Part shown: piece after piece, positions 9,374-19,721 of the stretch
Layout of the letters: every line of letters starts with the position of its first letter
Position numbering within the stretch: position 1 is the stretch's first letter
NCBI GenBank assembly: GCA_900548295.1
Contig: URKC01000001.1
Location: 1 to 57,435 of the forward strand
DNA: 57,435 nt
Direction: 5' to 3'
From: an uncultured Collinsella sp.
GTDB taxonomy: Bacteria > Actinomycetota > Coriobacteriia > Coriobacteriales > Coriobacteriaceae
Made by a program: the position numbers and the translations under genes
The notes under the pieces: model-generated
What the model saw: the letters and a program-made list of their open reading frames with translations, nothing else
The model's database searches: none
Told to the model about the DNA's origin: nothing

Positions 9374-10603
9374 CTACACGCGCGTCGCATCCTTGGGGCT
9401 CATGGTCATGCTCTGGAAGCGGTTTTCCATGTACTCGTTATCGAAGTGCTCTCCGTAGAACTGTGCGACGGGAATGTCCGGCTCCGTGCCGTTAACGCGC
9501 TGGTACCAGTAGTCGAGCGACTGCAGCGTCATGACGCCGTCGACCAGCATGATAACGGTAAAGATGACGGTGGCCGAGTAGCGGCTCTTCCAGGGGATCT
9601 TGTTGATAAGCTTAAGCAGCCTCGGCAGCAGCAGCTTGATCCAGATGAGGCCGCCCAGGCCCCACAGGCAGGCGAAGCCCGTGCAGGTGCGTCCGCCCGT
9701 GAGGACCACGAGCGGATCGGGCAAACCGAACAGCGTTATGTGCGAGTAGCTCCACGAGACCACGCCAAACGCGGTCTGCATAAACCAGCCCACGAACACC
9801 TCAAAGCTGGCGCCGAGCAGGGCGCTCACCAGGAAAATGATGATGGGGTTCTTTTTGTAGAAGCGGTTAAGCACCATGGTCATGAGCACGGCGCCAAATC
9901 CGTAGATGGGACTGAAGGGACCAAACAGCATGCCGGCGCGGTTCTGGTAGACGCCCGGGTCGTCGACCGTCATGTGCCAGATGTCCTCGGCGATCAGGCC
10001 GAGCACGCAGCAGACAAAGAATACCCAGAACAGGTTGAAGTAGTTGAGCTTGATGTAGCCTTCGCCGGTTTCATCGCGCCCGAGCATGCCCTCGGCGGCG
10101 GCGTCGCGGTCGAGCATCTCCTGCAGGCGGCGCTGCAGTTCGCGCTCCTGACGAAGCGTGGGGTCGACGGTTGCCGAAAGTGCGACGAGGATGCCGAGCT
10201 GGATCGCGGGACGCAGCAGGAAGGGCCCGATGCCCTGGAGCATCACGTCGACCAAAAGCTCGACGACGGTGAATGCAATAAGGATGTAGGACAGGCGGGC
10301 GGCGTTGCGGCGCTGGTTTTTGATAAGGTCCAGGCCAAAGATGATTAGGATGACGGCACTTGCCGCAGAGAGCATGATGCCGGCGACGATAAGGCCGACT
10401 GCGACGAGCGTGTTGTCGCCGAGCTTTTCGGTGGCGTTGCCGTTAACAAGTGCCGTGATGACCTGCCACATAAAGGCAGCGACCGACGGGAGCGTGCCCA
10501 CGCCGGAAAGGATGCACAGGACGGCGTACACCTTAATGATGAGGGGAATCTTCTTGACCTCTGTGGCGCTGGGGACGCTGGGGTCGAGTTCGTTTCGATC
10601 CAT
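9374..10603 (-). CDS. Membrane protein with a C-terminal putative ABC-transporter permease (CmpB/DUF1113-like) domain
   Basis: Many TM helices; NRAGMLFGPFSPIYGFGA and WSYS motifs. Confidence 0.7.
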   Translation of the reverse strand: MDRNELDPSVPSATEVKKIPLIIKVYAVLCILSGVGTLPSVAAFMWQVITALVNGNATEKLGDNTLVAVGLIVAGIMLSAASAVILIIFGLDLIKNQRRNAARLSYILIAFTVVELLVDVMLQGIGPFLLRPAIQLGILVALSATVDPTLRQERELQRRLQEMLDRDAAAEGMLGRDETGEGYIKLNYFNLFWVFFVCCVLGLIAEDIWHMTVDDPGVYQNRAGMLFGPFSPIYGFGAVLMTMVLNRFYKKNPIIIFLVSALLGASFEVFVGWFMQTAFGVVSWSYSHITLFGLPDPLVVLTGGRTCTGFACLWGLGGLIWIKLLLPRLLKLINKIPWKSRYSATVIFTVIMLVDGVMTLQSLDYWYQRVNGTEPDIPVAQFYGEHFDNEYMENRFQSMTMSPKDATRV

Positions 10604-10890
10604 ACAGAACCTTTCTCGCTTTGTTGTAGGTTATAAGGATACGCCGCCGACCTGCCAAAAGACAGGACGAACGTCCCAATTGCAACTTTGTAATCCCCAA
10701 CGGTGGACGCGGCGGCCATCTGGGGGGCGCGGGCGCTTGCACTGGACAGACCGATAAAATGTTTGGCAACAAAACTGATTATTAGCTCGGTGGGCTTTTA
10801 AAAAGCGCTGCTCATGCGCTGGGGAGCACGTCGCGCCGTGCGTATAATAAGGCGGGTAACGCCAAAAATACGAGGCTCTGAGGGGATACC

Positions 10891-12561
10891 ATGTCTCAAG
10901 AAACCATCCGCGCGGCCGAGCGTGCTGCGGGACAGGTGAACACCATGTCGACGTATGATCCGGACTCCGACCAGCTGCATGAGGAATGCGGCATTTTTGG
11001 TGTGCGGGCACCCGATCGCGATGTGGCTCGACTGACGTACTTTGGTCTGCGCGCGCTGCAGCATCGCGGCCAGGAATCGGCGGGAATCGCCGTGGGCGAC
11101 GGCGGCACGGTTATGGTTCGCAAAGACCTGGGACTGCTCGATCGCGTGTTCTCCAACGCCGACCTGTCGACGCTCTCCGGCCAGCTGGCCGTGGGCCACG
11201 TGCGCTATGGCACCGCCGGTGCCAAGAGCTGGGAAGCCTCTCAGCCGCATCTTTCTACCATCAACAGCGTCATTATCGCGCTTGCTCACAACGGCACCCT
11301 CGTCAACACCGACGAGCTGCGCCGCCAGCTGATCGAGCTGGGCGTGCCATTCCTCTCCAACTCGGATTCCGAGGTCGCGACCAAACTCATCGGCTACTTT
11401 ACCCAGCGTACAGGCCATCTGCGCGAGGGCATTCGCAAGACCATGGAGCTCGTGCGCGGCGGCTACGCCATGACGCTCATCAACGAGCAAGCGCTCTACG
11501 CATTCCGCGATCCACACGGCATTCGCCCGCTCGTGCTGGGCAAGCTGGTGGACGAGGGTTTGGACCAGGCCGATGCCGCAGCCGTTTCGCAGCTGCCGTC
11601 GCAGGACGGCGCCGCGACGGTCGACGCCACCACCCATGTTACCGGCGCCGGCGGCTGGGTCGTTGCTTCCGAGACCTGCGCACTCGACATCGTGGGTGCC
11701 GAGTACGTCCGTGACGTCCGTCCCGGCGAGATCTTGCGCATCAGCGCCGAGGGCCTGGTATCCGAGCAGGGCGTGCCTGCAGCCGAAGAGCCCGCCAACT
11801 GCATCTTTGAGCAGGTCTACTTTGCCCGCCCCGACTCCATCATGAACGGCAAGAGCGTCTATGCCTGCCGTTACGACATGGGTCGTCAGCTGGCACATGA
11901 GGAGCCTGTCGAGGCCGACCTGGTCATCGGCGTGCCCGACTCCGGCCTGCCGCCTGCGGAGGGGTATTCGCACGAGAGCGGTATTCCCTTTGGCGAGGGC
12001 CTTATCAAGAACCGCTACGTGGGCCGTACGTTTATCGAGCCTACGCAGGAGTTGCGCGCCATGGGCGTGCGTATGAAACTCAACCCGCTGCGCGACAACA
12101 TCGAGGGCAAGCGCCTGGTCGTCATCGACGACTCCATCGTGCGCGGCACCACCATGGTGCAGCTCGTCAAGATGCTGCGCAACGCCGGCGCCAAGGAGAT
12201 TCATATCCGCATCAACTCGCCCGAGGTCATCTGGCCGTGCTTCTACGGTATCGATACCGACGTGCAGTCGCAGCTTATCAGCGCCAACAAGACGGTCGAC
12301 GAGATTTGCGAGTATATCGGCGCCGATTCGCTGGCCTTCCTTTCGGTCGAGGGCCTGCTTAAAGCCATGCCCAAGGGCGGTTACTGCGATGCGTGCTTTA
12401 CCGGCCGCTACCCCGTGGCGATTCCCGAGAGTTTTGGCCGCGACAAGTTTATGGAGGGCTTTAAGCCCCGCAACCTGGACAAGCCGCTGCACTTTGACGA
12501 CGACGCCGTGATCGAGAAATACGACGACCGCAGCTGGGAAGAGGAGCACGGCGAGGCATAA
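10891..12561 (+). CDS. purF: Amidophosphoribosyltransferase
   Basis: Propeptide then EE-CGIFG, LQHRGQESAG, AHNG, CIFEQVYFARPDS, VIDDSIVRGTT; start may instead be 10945. Confidence 0.96.
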   Translation: MSQETIRAAERAAGQVNTMSTYDPDSDQLHEECGIFGVRAPDRDVARLTYFGLRALQHRGQESAGIAVGDGGTVMVRKDLGLLDRVFSNADLSTLSGQLAVGHVRYGTAGAKSWEASQPHLSTINSVIIALAHNGTLVNTDELRRQLIELGVPFLSNSDSEVATKLIGYFTQRTGHLREGIRKTMELVRGGYAMTLINEQALYAFRDPHGIRPLVLGKLVDEGLDQADAAAVSQLPSQDGAATVDATTHVTGAGGWVVASETCALDIVGAEYVRDVRPGEILRISAEGLVSEQGVPAAEEPANCIFEQVYFARPDSIMNGKSVYACRYDMGRQLAHEEPVEADLVIGVPDSGLPPAEGYSHESGIPFGEGLIKNRYVGRTFIEPTQELRAMGVRMKLNPLRDNIEGKRLVVIDDSIVRGTTMVQLVKMLRNAGAKEIHIRINSPEVIWPCFYGIDTDVQSQLISANKTVDEICEYIGADSLAFLSVEGLLKAMPKGGYCDACFTGRYPVAIPESFGRDKFMEGFKPRNLDKPLHFDDDAVIEKYDDRSWEEEHGEA

Positions 12562-12616
12562 AACCTGCCATATGGGGACATGCCATATGGGGACAGGTTT
12601 ATTTTGGTAGGTTTTA
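12559..12616. repeat. GGGACAG REP-like hairpin with internal 15-bp tandem duplication
   Basis: TAAAACCTGCCA ... GGGGACAGGTTTATTTTGGTAGGTTTTA; TGCCATATGGGGACA occurs twice in tandem (12566-12595). Confidence 0.75.
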
Positions 12617-12733
12617 CCTGCTGTTTTGTTGATATGACGGCGCGTGCTGTTATGGCGCGCGCCGAAATGAACGCAACTATGAGCACCGTTTGGCGCCCGT
12701 GCGGCGCCACGGTAGTGGGAGAGGAAGGCTCAG

Positions 12734-13837
12734 ATGAGCGACAGCAAGCATGTGACGTACGAGGACGCCGGCGTCGATACCGCCGAGGGCGGCCGCGCCG
12801 TCGACGCGATTAAGCAGATGGTCAAGGACACTAACCGTTCCGAGGTTATCGGTGGCATCGGCGGCTTTGGCGGCCTGTTCTCGGCCGCCGCGCTCAAGGA
12901 TATGGAAGACCCGATCCTGATTAGCGGTACCGACGGCGTGGGCACCAAGCTCGTGCTCGCCCAGATCATGGACCGTCACGAGACGGTTGGCCAGGACCTG
13001 GTCGCTATGTGCGTCAACGATATTCTGGCTTCGGGCGCCGAGCCGCTGTTCTTCCTGGACTACGTTGCCATCGGTCACATCGAGGCCGAGCACATGGCAA
13101 AGATTATCAAGGGTGTGGCCGACGGCTGCAAGCTCGCGGGCTGCGCGCTCGTGGGCGGTGAGATGGCCGAGCACCCGGGCGTCATGGCTCCTGCCGACTA
13201 CGACCTTGCCGGATTTACCGTGGGCGTCGTCGACCGTCCCAAGATGCTCGACCCCGCAAACGTCCGCCCGGGCGATGTGATCCTGGGCCTGCCTTCCACC
13301 GGCGTGCACTCCAACGGCTACTCGCTCGTGCGTAAGGTCATTGGCGTCGACGGCGTTAAGCCGGGCACGCCCGAGGCCGTCGCTAAGGCCGAGGAGCTGA
13401 GCCGTCCGCTCGAGGAGCTCGGCGGTGCTTCGCTGGCTGACGCCCTGCTGGCTCCCACGCGCATTTATGTGAAGCCGATTCTTGAGCTGCTGCGCGGCGG
13501 CGCCAACGTGCATGCTATCGCCCACATCACCGGCGGCGGTATTACCGAGAACCTCAACCGCGCGCTCGCCGACGACGTTGACGCCGTGGTCACCCGCAAC
13601 GGCGCCGAGATGGGTTGGGACGTTCCGCCCGTTATTACTTACGTGTCGCGTCAGGCCGAGCTCGCGCCCAACGAGGCATGCAAGACCTTCAACATGGGCG
13701 TCGGCCTGTGCCTGATCGTCGCCCCCGAGGACGAGGCCGCCGTGACCGAGGCACTGGTCGCGCTGGGCGAGAAGCCGTTCCGCGTGGGCGAGTGCGTCGA
13801 GGGTTCCGGTAAGGTCGTGTACTCCGATGAGCGCTAA
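12734..13837 (+). CDS. purM: Phosphoribosylformylglycinamidine cyclo-ligase
   Basis: YEDAGVD, GTDGVGTK, DLVAMCVND, GGEMAEHPG, HSNGYSL, HITGGG, TFNMG. Confidence 0.97.
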   Translation: MSDSKHVTYEDAGVDTAEGGRAVDAIKQMVKDTNRSEVIGGIGGFGGLFSAAALKDMEDPILISGTDGVGTKLVLAQIMDRHETVGQDLVAMCVNDILASGAEPLFFLDYVAIGHIEAEHMAKIIKGVADGCKLAGCALVGGEMAEHPGVMAPADYDLAGFTVGVVDRPKMLDPANVRPGDVILGLPSTGVHSNGYSLVRKVIGVDGVKPGTPEAVAKAEELSRPLEELGGASLADALLAPTRIYVKPILELLRGGANVHAIAHITGGGITENLNRALADDVDAVVTRNGAEMGWDVPPVITYVSRQAELAPNEACKTFNMGVGLCLIVAPEDEAAVTEALVALGEKPFRVGECVEGSGKVVYSDER

Positions 13838-14528
13838 CGAGCAGATGGCTGCTGCCGAGGGCCTGGGCTTTGTGCCCTACACCCGTCCGACCGGCACCGA
13901 TACGGCCGAGCCGCTTAAGATTGGCGTGCTTATCAGCGGCTCGGGTACCAACCTGCAGGCGCTGATCGACCTAATCGCCGCCGGCAAGCTCAACGCCTCG
14001 ATTGAGCTCGTGGTGTCGAGCCGTCCTTCGGCCAAGGGCCTACAGCGCGCCGAGCGTGCGGGCATCCAGACGCTCACGCTGTCCAAGGATGTCTATGCCG
14101 ACCCCATCGCGGCTGACGAGATCATCGCGCATGAGCTGCTCGAACGTGGCTGCGAGTACGTGGTGATGGCCGGCTATATGCGCATGGTGCACACGCCGCT
14201 GCTGGCGGCGTTCCCCAATCGCGTGGTCAACCTGCATCCGGCGCTGCTGCCGAGCTTTACCGGCGCGCATGCGATTGACGATGCGTTTGCGCGTGGCGTC
14301 AAGGTGACCGGCGTGACCGTGCACTTTGCCAACGAGATCTACGACAACGGCCCCATCATCGCCCAGCGTGCGCTGGCTGTTGAGGAGGGCTGGGACGTCG
14401 ACACGCTCGAGGAGCACATCCACGCGATTGAGCACGTGCTGTATCCCGAGGTCGTGCAGATGCTCGCCGATGGCCGCGTCCACGTGCTGGAGAACGGCAA
14501 GGTCGCAATTGATGCGCCCCGCGGCTAG
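13827..14528 (+). CDS. purN: Phosphoribosylglycinamide formyltransferase
   Basis: ISGSGTNLQAL, NLHPALLPSF, TGVTVHF, DNGPII. Confidence 0.96.
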   Translation: MSANEQMAAAEGLGFVPYTRPTGTDTAEPLKIGVLISGSGTNLQALIDLIAAGKLNASIELVVSSRPSAKGLQRAERAGIQTLTLSKDVYADPIAADEIIAHELLERGCEYVVMAGYMRMVHTPLLAAFPNRVVNLHPALLPSFTGAHAIDDAFARGVKVTGVTVHFANEIYDNGPIIAQRALAVEEGWDVDTLEEHIHAIEHVLYPEVVQMLADGRVHVLENGKVAIDAPRG

Positions 14529-14653
14529 CGGTGCACAGTGCAATTTAGTTGAGTGGTTAGGGTGGTCATTGGCGCCAAGGCGCGTGTGGCCACCTTTTGT
14601 TTTGGGTAGTCATCGGGGACGTTCTTGAATGACTAGGTGAGAGAGGTGAGCGC

Positions 14654-15118
14654 ATGGCGGATAACGAAGCGCTGTTTGCGCCTGAGCTGGTGTTTTTTGA
14701 TTGGGAGTGTGCGACGCCGGATGAGGTGTTCGCGCGGCTTGAGGGCGAGCTTGTACCGCGTGGCTACATTGCCGACGGTTGGTTCGACGCCGTTCGCACG
14801 CGCGAGGATGCCTATCCCACGGGTCTTGCCATGCCGGCGGCAAACATTGCCATTCCGCATACCGATCCGGGGTTTGTGGCCAAGCCCTATATCGCGGTGG
14901 TGAAGCCCGCCGCGCCCGTGACATTTAACGCTATGGCTGGCATGGGCGCTCCGGTGCCGGCGCAGATCGTCATCAATCTGGGCATCGCCGAGCCGGGCGG
15001 CCAGGTCGAGGCCCTGCAGGCGCTCATGAACATCTTTATGGACGCCGATGCCGCAGCCGACGTGCTCGGCCAGACCACGTCCCAGGGCATGGTCGACGCC
15101 ATCCGCCGTCACTTCTAA
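14654..15118 (+). CDS. PTS sugar transporter IIA component (fructose/mannitol/galactitol-type), standalone
   Basis: REDAYPTGL and IAIPH phosphorylation-site motif. Confidence 0.85.
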   Translation: MADNEALFAPELVFFDWECATPDEVFARLEGELVPRGYIADGWFDAVRTREDAYPTGLAMPAANIAIPHTDPGFVAKPYIAVVKPAAPVTFNAMAGMGAPVPAQIVINLGIAEPGGQVEALQALMNIFMDADAAADVLGQTTSQGMVDAIRRHF

Positions 15119-15186
15119 GGTGCCGGCTGCCAGAGCTGTCCCCTTTGCACCAAAATGGTGCAGATTAACCTGTCCCCAATGCGCCA
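15119..15186. repeat. Two tandem GGGACAG REP-like hairpins (CTGTCCCC orientation)
   Basis: GGTGC..CTGTCCCCTTTGCACC and TGGTGCA..CCTGTCCCCAATGCGCCA. Confidence 0.65.
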
Positions 15187-15253
15187 AGCGTGCCGCGGGG
15201 GCTGCGTTGTGACACAATGGCGTTTGTTCGATTCGTTATGCGAAAGGCCAACT

Positions 15254-16474
15254 ATGGCAAATAAGAAAAAGAACCCCGCACCCGAGCCGACGCCCGAGCA
15301 GCAGGCTCGCGCCGCCTCCAGCTCTCGCAAGAAGCAGCGCAAGACCCGCGTGTCCAAGACCGTCAAGATCGTTCTGGTGGTCATCGGCGTGCTGGCAATG
15401 CTGCTTTCCGTCTCGGCCATGGCGTGCTCCGGCCTGATGTCGCAGGCAGAGGATACCTCGGGCTACAAGCTTACCGGCGGTGTAGCTGCCACTATCAACG
15501 GCACCAACCTCACCGAGGACACCGTGACCAAGCAGATCATGAGCATGCGCACGTCCTACGGCTACACCAATGACAAGGACTGGGCGCAGTACCTGGTCGA
15601 CAACGACCTCACGCCCAAGAAGTACCGCAAGCAACTCATCGACTCCTACACGCAGCAGATTCTGCTTCAACAGGCACAGAAGGAGAACGGCGTGACGGTG
15701 TCGGACGAGGAGGTCGAGAAGGCTTGGAAGGACGCATGCAAGAGCGCGGGCGGTGCCAAGGCCTTTAAGAAGACCCTCAAGACCTACGGCTATACCGAGG
15801 ATACCTACAAGGATTCGCTCAAGGAGAGTCTGGCGCAGCAGAAACTCAAGGATGCCGTCGCGCCCACGAGCAAGCCCAAGGACAGCGAGATCGTCGATTA
15901 CATCAACGAAAACCTGTCCAGCTACAACGACGCCCGCCGCTCGTCGAACATCCTGATCAAGGTTGATTCCGACGCTTCCGACGAGAACAAGGCTGCCGCC
16001 AAGGCCAAGGCGCAGGAGTGCCTGGACAAGATCAACTCCGGTGAGCTGAGCTTTGAGGACGCCGTTGAGCAGTACTCCGAGGACACCGGTTCCAAGGAGA
16101 AGAAGGGCGATGTGGGCTGGGATAAGCTCACCACCTTTGTCGACAGCTACCAGACGGCGCTCGAGGGGCTCAACAAGGGCGACGTGAGCGAAGTCATCGA
16201 GTCGACCTATGGCTACCACATCATCAAGTGCACCGACTACTTCCATGTCGATAATCAGGTTGATGACATCAACCAGGTGCCCAAGGCCATCAAAAAGTAC
16301 GTCTCCAACGTGGTGAAGACGCAAGCGGCCAGCACTGCGTACAGCGAGTGGCTGGAGCAGTACAAGAAGGATGCCGACATCACCGTCAACCCCATGCCCA
16401 AGGACGTACCCTATAACGTGAGTCTGAAGGGCGTTACCAAGAGTTCGACCGACGATTCGTCGACGACTGAGTAA
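15254..16474 (+). CDS. prsA: PrsA/SurA-like parvulin peptidyl-prolyl isomerase (foldase)
   Basis: TM/lipoprotein-like N-terminus; SSNILIK, YSEDTGSKEKKGDVGW, STYGYHIIK. Confidence 0.85.
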   Translation: MANKKKNPAPEPTPEQQARAASSSRKKQRKTRVSKTVKIVLVVIGVLAMLLSVSAMACSGLMSQAEDTSGYKLTGGVAATINGTNLTEDTVTKQIMSMRTSYGYTNDKDWAQYLVDNDLTPKKYRKQLIDSYTQQILLQQAQKENGVTVSDEEVEKAWKDACKSAGGAKAFKKTLKTYGYTEDTYKDSLKESLAQQKLKDAVAPTSKPKDSEIVDYINENLSSYNDARRSSNILIKVDSDASDENKAAAKAKAQECLDKINSGELSFEDAVEQYSEDTGSKEKKGDVGWDKLTTFVDSYQTALEGLNKGDVSEVIESTYGYHIIKCTDYFHVDNQVDDINQVPKAIKKYVSNVVKTQAASTAYSEWLEQYKKDADITVNPMPKDVPYNVSLKGVTKSSTDDSSTTE

Positions 16475-16522
16475 TCATGGGGCGGTGCTCGCGCGAGTGC
16501 CGCCCACGCTATTAGAGAGGAT

Positions 16523-16972
16523 TTGCAGATGACCAACGAAGAGCTGCAGAAGGAAATGATCGCGGCCATGAAGGCTAAGGACAAGGTTCGCCTGTCCATC
16601 ATTCGCCAGGTCAAGGCCGAGGTGAAGAATATCGAGGTTAACGAGCGCCGCGATGTGACCGAGGAAGACGTCAACAGCATGATCAAGCGTCTGATTAAGC
16701 AGACGAGCGAGACGCTGGAGATGTCCATCAAGGCCGGCACCGACCAAGAGCGTACCGACAACCTGACCGAGCAGGTCAAGATTCTGGAGAGCCTTCTGCC
16801 CGCGCAGGTTTCGGGCGAGGAGCTCGAGGCCCTGATCGAGCAGGTCATCGCCGAGCTGGGCGCCACGTCCAAGAAGCAGATGGGCCAGGTCATGGGCGCT
16901 CTGGGTAAGGCCACTGGCGGCAACTTTGATAAGCCGGCAGCAGCAAAGATCGTTGGAGCCAAACTCGCGTAA
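16523..16972 (+). CDS. GatB/YqeY domain protein
   Basis: AMKAKDKVRLSIIR and MGQVMG motifs. Confidence 0.9.
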   Translation: MQMTNEELQKEMIAAMKAKDKVRLSIIRQVKAEVKNIEVNERRDVTEEDVNSMIKRLIKQTSETLEMSIKAGTDQERTDNLTEQVKILESLLPAQVSGEELEALIEQVIAELGATSKKQMGQVMGALGKATGGNFDKPAAAKIVGAKLA

Positions 16973-17155
16973 TTTGTTACGCGGTTTTACCAAACCGCGC
17001 AACGGCTCGACGCTGCAAACCCGTACACACGGCAATCTGACGTTCAATTTCAAGGGCGCGACCATAAGGTCTGCGCCCTTTCATTTCACGTCACCTTGCT
17101 CGCGTGTACGGGTTTTCGCTGACTTATGCTCAACAAGGGCGGTTGTATTATTTTC

Positions 17156-17228
17156 GGTGCTCATTGGGGACAGACTTAAATGAGTACCCACGGGGGGTAC
17201 TCATTTAAGTCTGTGCCCAATGAGTGGG
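17156..17228. repeat. Inverted doublet of GGGACAG REP-like hairpins
   Basis: CTCATTGGGGACAGACTTAAATGAGTACC, then its near-perfect inverse GGTACTCATTTAAGTCTGTGCCCAATGAG. Confidence 0.75.
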
Positions 17229-17330
17229 CGGAAGGTTGCGGGTTCTTTACGGGGATGTAGCGTGGGCTGCGGAAACGTGGTTCTTTCCGTACAATAGTTC
17301 AACTCGTGTAAACGCAGGGAAGGGACATTC

Positions 17331-18062
17331 ATGGCAGACATGATCGAGATCAAGCATCTCAACAAGTACTTTGGCGACCTGCATGTGCTCAAAGATATCA
17401 ACCTCACCGTCAAGCGCGGCGAGAAGCTCGTAATGATCGGGCCTTCTGGTTCGGGTAAGTCGACGCTCATCCGTTGCGTCGATTATCTGGAGGAGCCTAC
17501 GTCGGGCGAGGTCGTCATCGACGGTACGCCGCTCACCAAAAAGAATCACCTGGAGATGGCTCGCAAGTACAGCTCCATGGTGTTTCAGCAGTTCAACCTG
17601 TATCCCAACATGACGGTGCTCGGCAATCTGACGCTCGCGCCCATCAAGCTGCAAAAGAAGAGCAAGGAGGAGGCGACCGAGATCGCCATCGCCGCACTCA
17701 AGCGCGTCGGCATGGCGCATAAGGCCGGCGAGTATCCGCAGAATCTCTCGGGTGGTCAGCAGCAGCGCATCGCCATCGCCCGTGCCCTGTGTACCAAGCA
17801 GCCCATCATCCTGTTTGACGAGCCGACCTCGGCGCTCGACCCCGAGATGGTCCAGGAGGTTCTGGACGTTATGATTGAGCTTGCGCAGGAGGACATCACC
17901 ATGATCTGCGTGACGCATGAGATGGGCTTTGCGCGCCAGGTGGCCGACCGCGTCATCTTTATGGAGGACGGCCGCATCCTGGAGGAGGGCACGCCCGAGC
18001 ACTTCTTCGATAACCCCGAGAACCCGCGCTGCCGCGAGTTCCTGTCCAAGATTCTGCAATAG
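17331..18062 (+). CDS. Polar amino-acid ABC transporter ATP-binding protein (GlnQ-like)
   Basis: [34 protein letters not shown]. Confidence 0.95.
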   Translation: MADMIEIKHLNKYFGDLHVLKDINLTVKRGEKLVMIGPSGSGKSTLIRCVDYLEEPTSGEVVIDGTPLTKKNHLEMARKYSSMVFQQFNLYPNMTVLGNLTLAPIKLQKKSKEEATEIAIAALKRVGMAHKAGEYPQNLSGGQQQRIAIARALCTKQPIILFDEPTSALDPEMVQEVLDVMIELAQEDITMICVTHEMGFARQVADRVIFMEDGRILEEGTPEHFFDNPENPRCREFLSKILQ

Positions 18063-18067
18063 GCGCG

Positions 18068-18946
18068 GTGATGGACATGACGGATATGACGAGGGCGGCC
18101 GTGTCGCGCCGTCACTTTTTGCAGCTGGCGGGCGCCGGCATGCTCGCGCTGACGGGGACCGCGCTCACCGGTTGCGGCAACTCCACCAGCGGCGAGGGTT
18201 CCGACAAGGGATCCAAGCTTGCGGCCATCAAGTCGCGCGGCCATCTGAATGCCGGTGTCAAGAAAGATGTTCCCGGCTACGGCTATTACGACACCGCCAA
18301 AGGCCGCTTTGAGGGCATGGAAGTCGATTTGTGCTACCAGATCGCCGCCGCTGTCTTTGGCGTGAGCTACAAGGAAGCCCGTGCCCAGGAGCTTGTCGAG
18401 TTTACCGACGTAACGCCCAAGACACGCGGCCCGCTGATCGATAACGGCCAACTCGACGTGGTCGCGGCGACCTACACCATCACCGACGAGCGCAAGAAGA
18501 GCTGGGATTTCTCGACGCCGTACCGCACCGACTACGTGGGACTCATGGTCAAGAAGCGTTCGGGCTTTACCTCGATTGAGGACCTGGACGGCAAGGTCAT
18601 CGGCGTGAGCCAGGGTGCCACCACGCAGGGCCTGATCGAGCAGATGATCAAGGACAACGGCTTTAGCTGTAAGCCCGAGTTTAGGGCCTTTAGTGGCTAT
18701 CCCATCATCAAGAGTTCGCTCGACGCCGGCAATATCGACGTCTTTGCCATGGACCGCTCCACGCTGGCCGGTTACATGAACGAGACCGTTGAGCTGTTGC
18801 AGCCCGAGGTCAAGTTTGGCGAGCAGGGCTACGGCGTGGCGACCAAGAAGGGCTGCGACCTTTCGGCCGTGGTCGATCAGGTGATTTGCGATCGTCTGGC
18901 CGACGGCTGGCTCGACCAAGAGGTCAAGACCTGGGGTCTTGTATAG
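18068..18946 (+). CDS. Polar amino-acid ABC transporter substrate-binding lipoprotein (Peb1/GlnH-like) with Tat signal
   Basis: SRRHFL twin-arginine, LTGC lipobox, GVKKDVPGYG, ATYTITDERKK. Confidence 0.9.
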   Translation: MMDMTDMTRAAVSRRHFLQLAGAGMLALTGTALTGCGNSTSGEGSDKGSKLAAIKSRGHLNAGVKKDVPGYGYYDTAKGRFEGMEVDLCYQIAAAVFGVSYKEARAQELVEFTDVTPKTRGPLIDNGQLDVVAATYTITDERKKSWDFSTPYRTDYVGLMVKKRSGFTSIEDLDGKVIGVSQGATTQGLIEQMIKDNGFSCKPEFRAFSGYPIIKSSLDAGNIDVFAMDRSTLAGYMNETVELLQPEVKFGEQGYGVATKKGCDLSAVVDQVICDRLADGWLDQEVKTWGLV

Positions 18947-18971
18947 GCGCATCGTCCAAGGAAGGAATCAA

Positions 18972-19718
18972 ATGCTCGAAGGATTATTTGACGCCGACCG
19001 TTGGTCGACGACATTTCAAAACATGGGGCCCTTCTGGGAGGGCTTTGGCGTGACGCTACAGGTGGTCGTTGCCGGTCTGCTGCTGTCGCTGGTGCTGGGC
19101 ACGCTGCTGGGTGTGTTCTCTACCACCCGTTCGCGCGTGCTGCGCGCCATAAGCCGCGTGTACGTGGAGTTTTACCAGAACACCCCGTTGCCCGTGCAGG
19201 TGCTCTTTATGTACATGGCTGGTCCGCAGTTTTTGCAGGCCATAACCGGTGCCGACCAGCCGGTGCGCATCGCGCCGTTCGTGCTGGGCTTCTTGGGCGT
19301 GGGCCTGTATCACGCGGCCTACATCTCGGAGGTTATCCGCACCGGTATCGAGGCGGTTCCGCGCGGTCAGATGGAGGCGGCGCAGAGCCAGGGCTTCACC
19401 CGTGCGCAGGCGTACTGGTACATCGTGCTGCCCCAGACATTCAAGATCATTCTGCCGCCGCTGTGTAACCAGGCACTCAACCTAGTCAAGAACACGTCGG
19501 TGCTGGCGCTTGTGGCCGGCGGCGACCTTATGTACCGTTCAGACAACTTTGTGAGCCTGTACGGTTACCTGCAGGGATACATCGTCTGCTGCCTTATGTA
19601 CTTCATCATCTGCTTTCCGCTCGCCATGCTGGTGCAGTGGCTCGAGCGCCGCTCCAAGGAGCGTCCGCGCGGCGTGAGCCTCGCCGAGCTGGGGCTCGAC
19701 AACGTAGAGGAGGCCTAG
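18972..19718 (+). CDS. Amino-acid ABC transporter permease
   Basis: YVEFYQNTPL, EVIRTGIEAVPRGQMEAA, LVKNTS. Confidence 0.92.
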   Translation: MLEGLFDADRWSTTFQNMGPFWEGFGVTLQVVVAGLLLSLVLGTLLGVFSTTRSRVLRAISRVYVEFYQNTPLPVQVLFMYMAGPQFLQAITGADQPVRIAPFVLGFLGVGLYHAAYISEVIRTGIEAVPRGQMEAAQSQGFTRAQAYWYIVLPQTFKIILPPLCNQALNLVKNTSVLALVAGGDLMYRSDNFVSLYGYLQGYIVCCLMYFIICFPLAMLVQWLERRSKERPRGVSLAELGLDNVEEA

Positions 19719-19721
19719 CGC

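Noticed and set aside
10604..10890. Purine or ZTP riboswitch upstream of purF (also checked before purE)
   Set aside because: No recognisable consensus by eye; only a TATAAT at 10843-10848; an Rfam scan would be needed
10798..12549. Long antisense ORFs (also 5426..7081, 27944..29446, 46549..48000, 49108..51312 and others)
   Set aside because: Shadow ORFs opposite well-supported genes, expected with high-GC codon bias; no recognisable motifs
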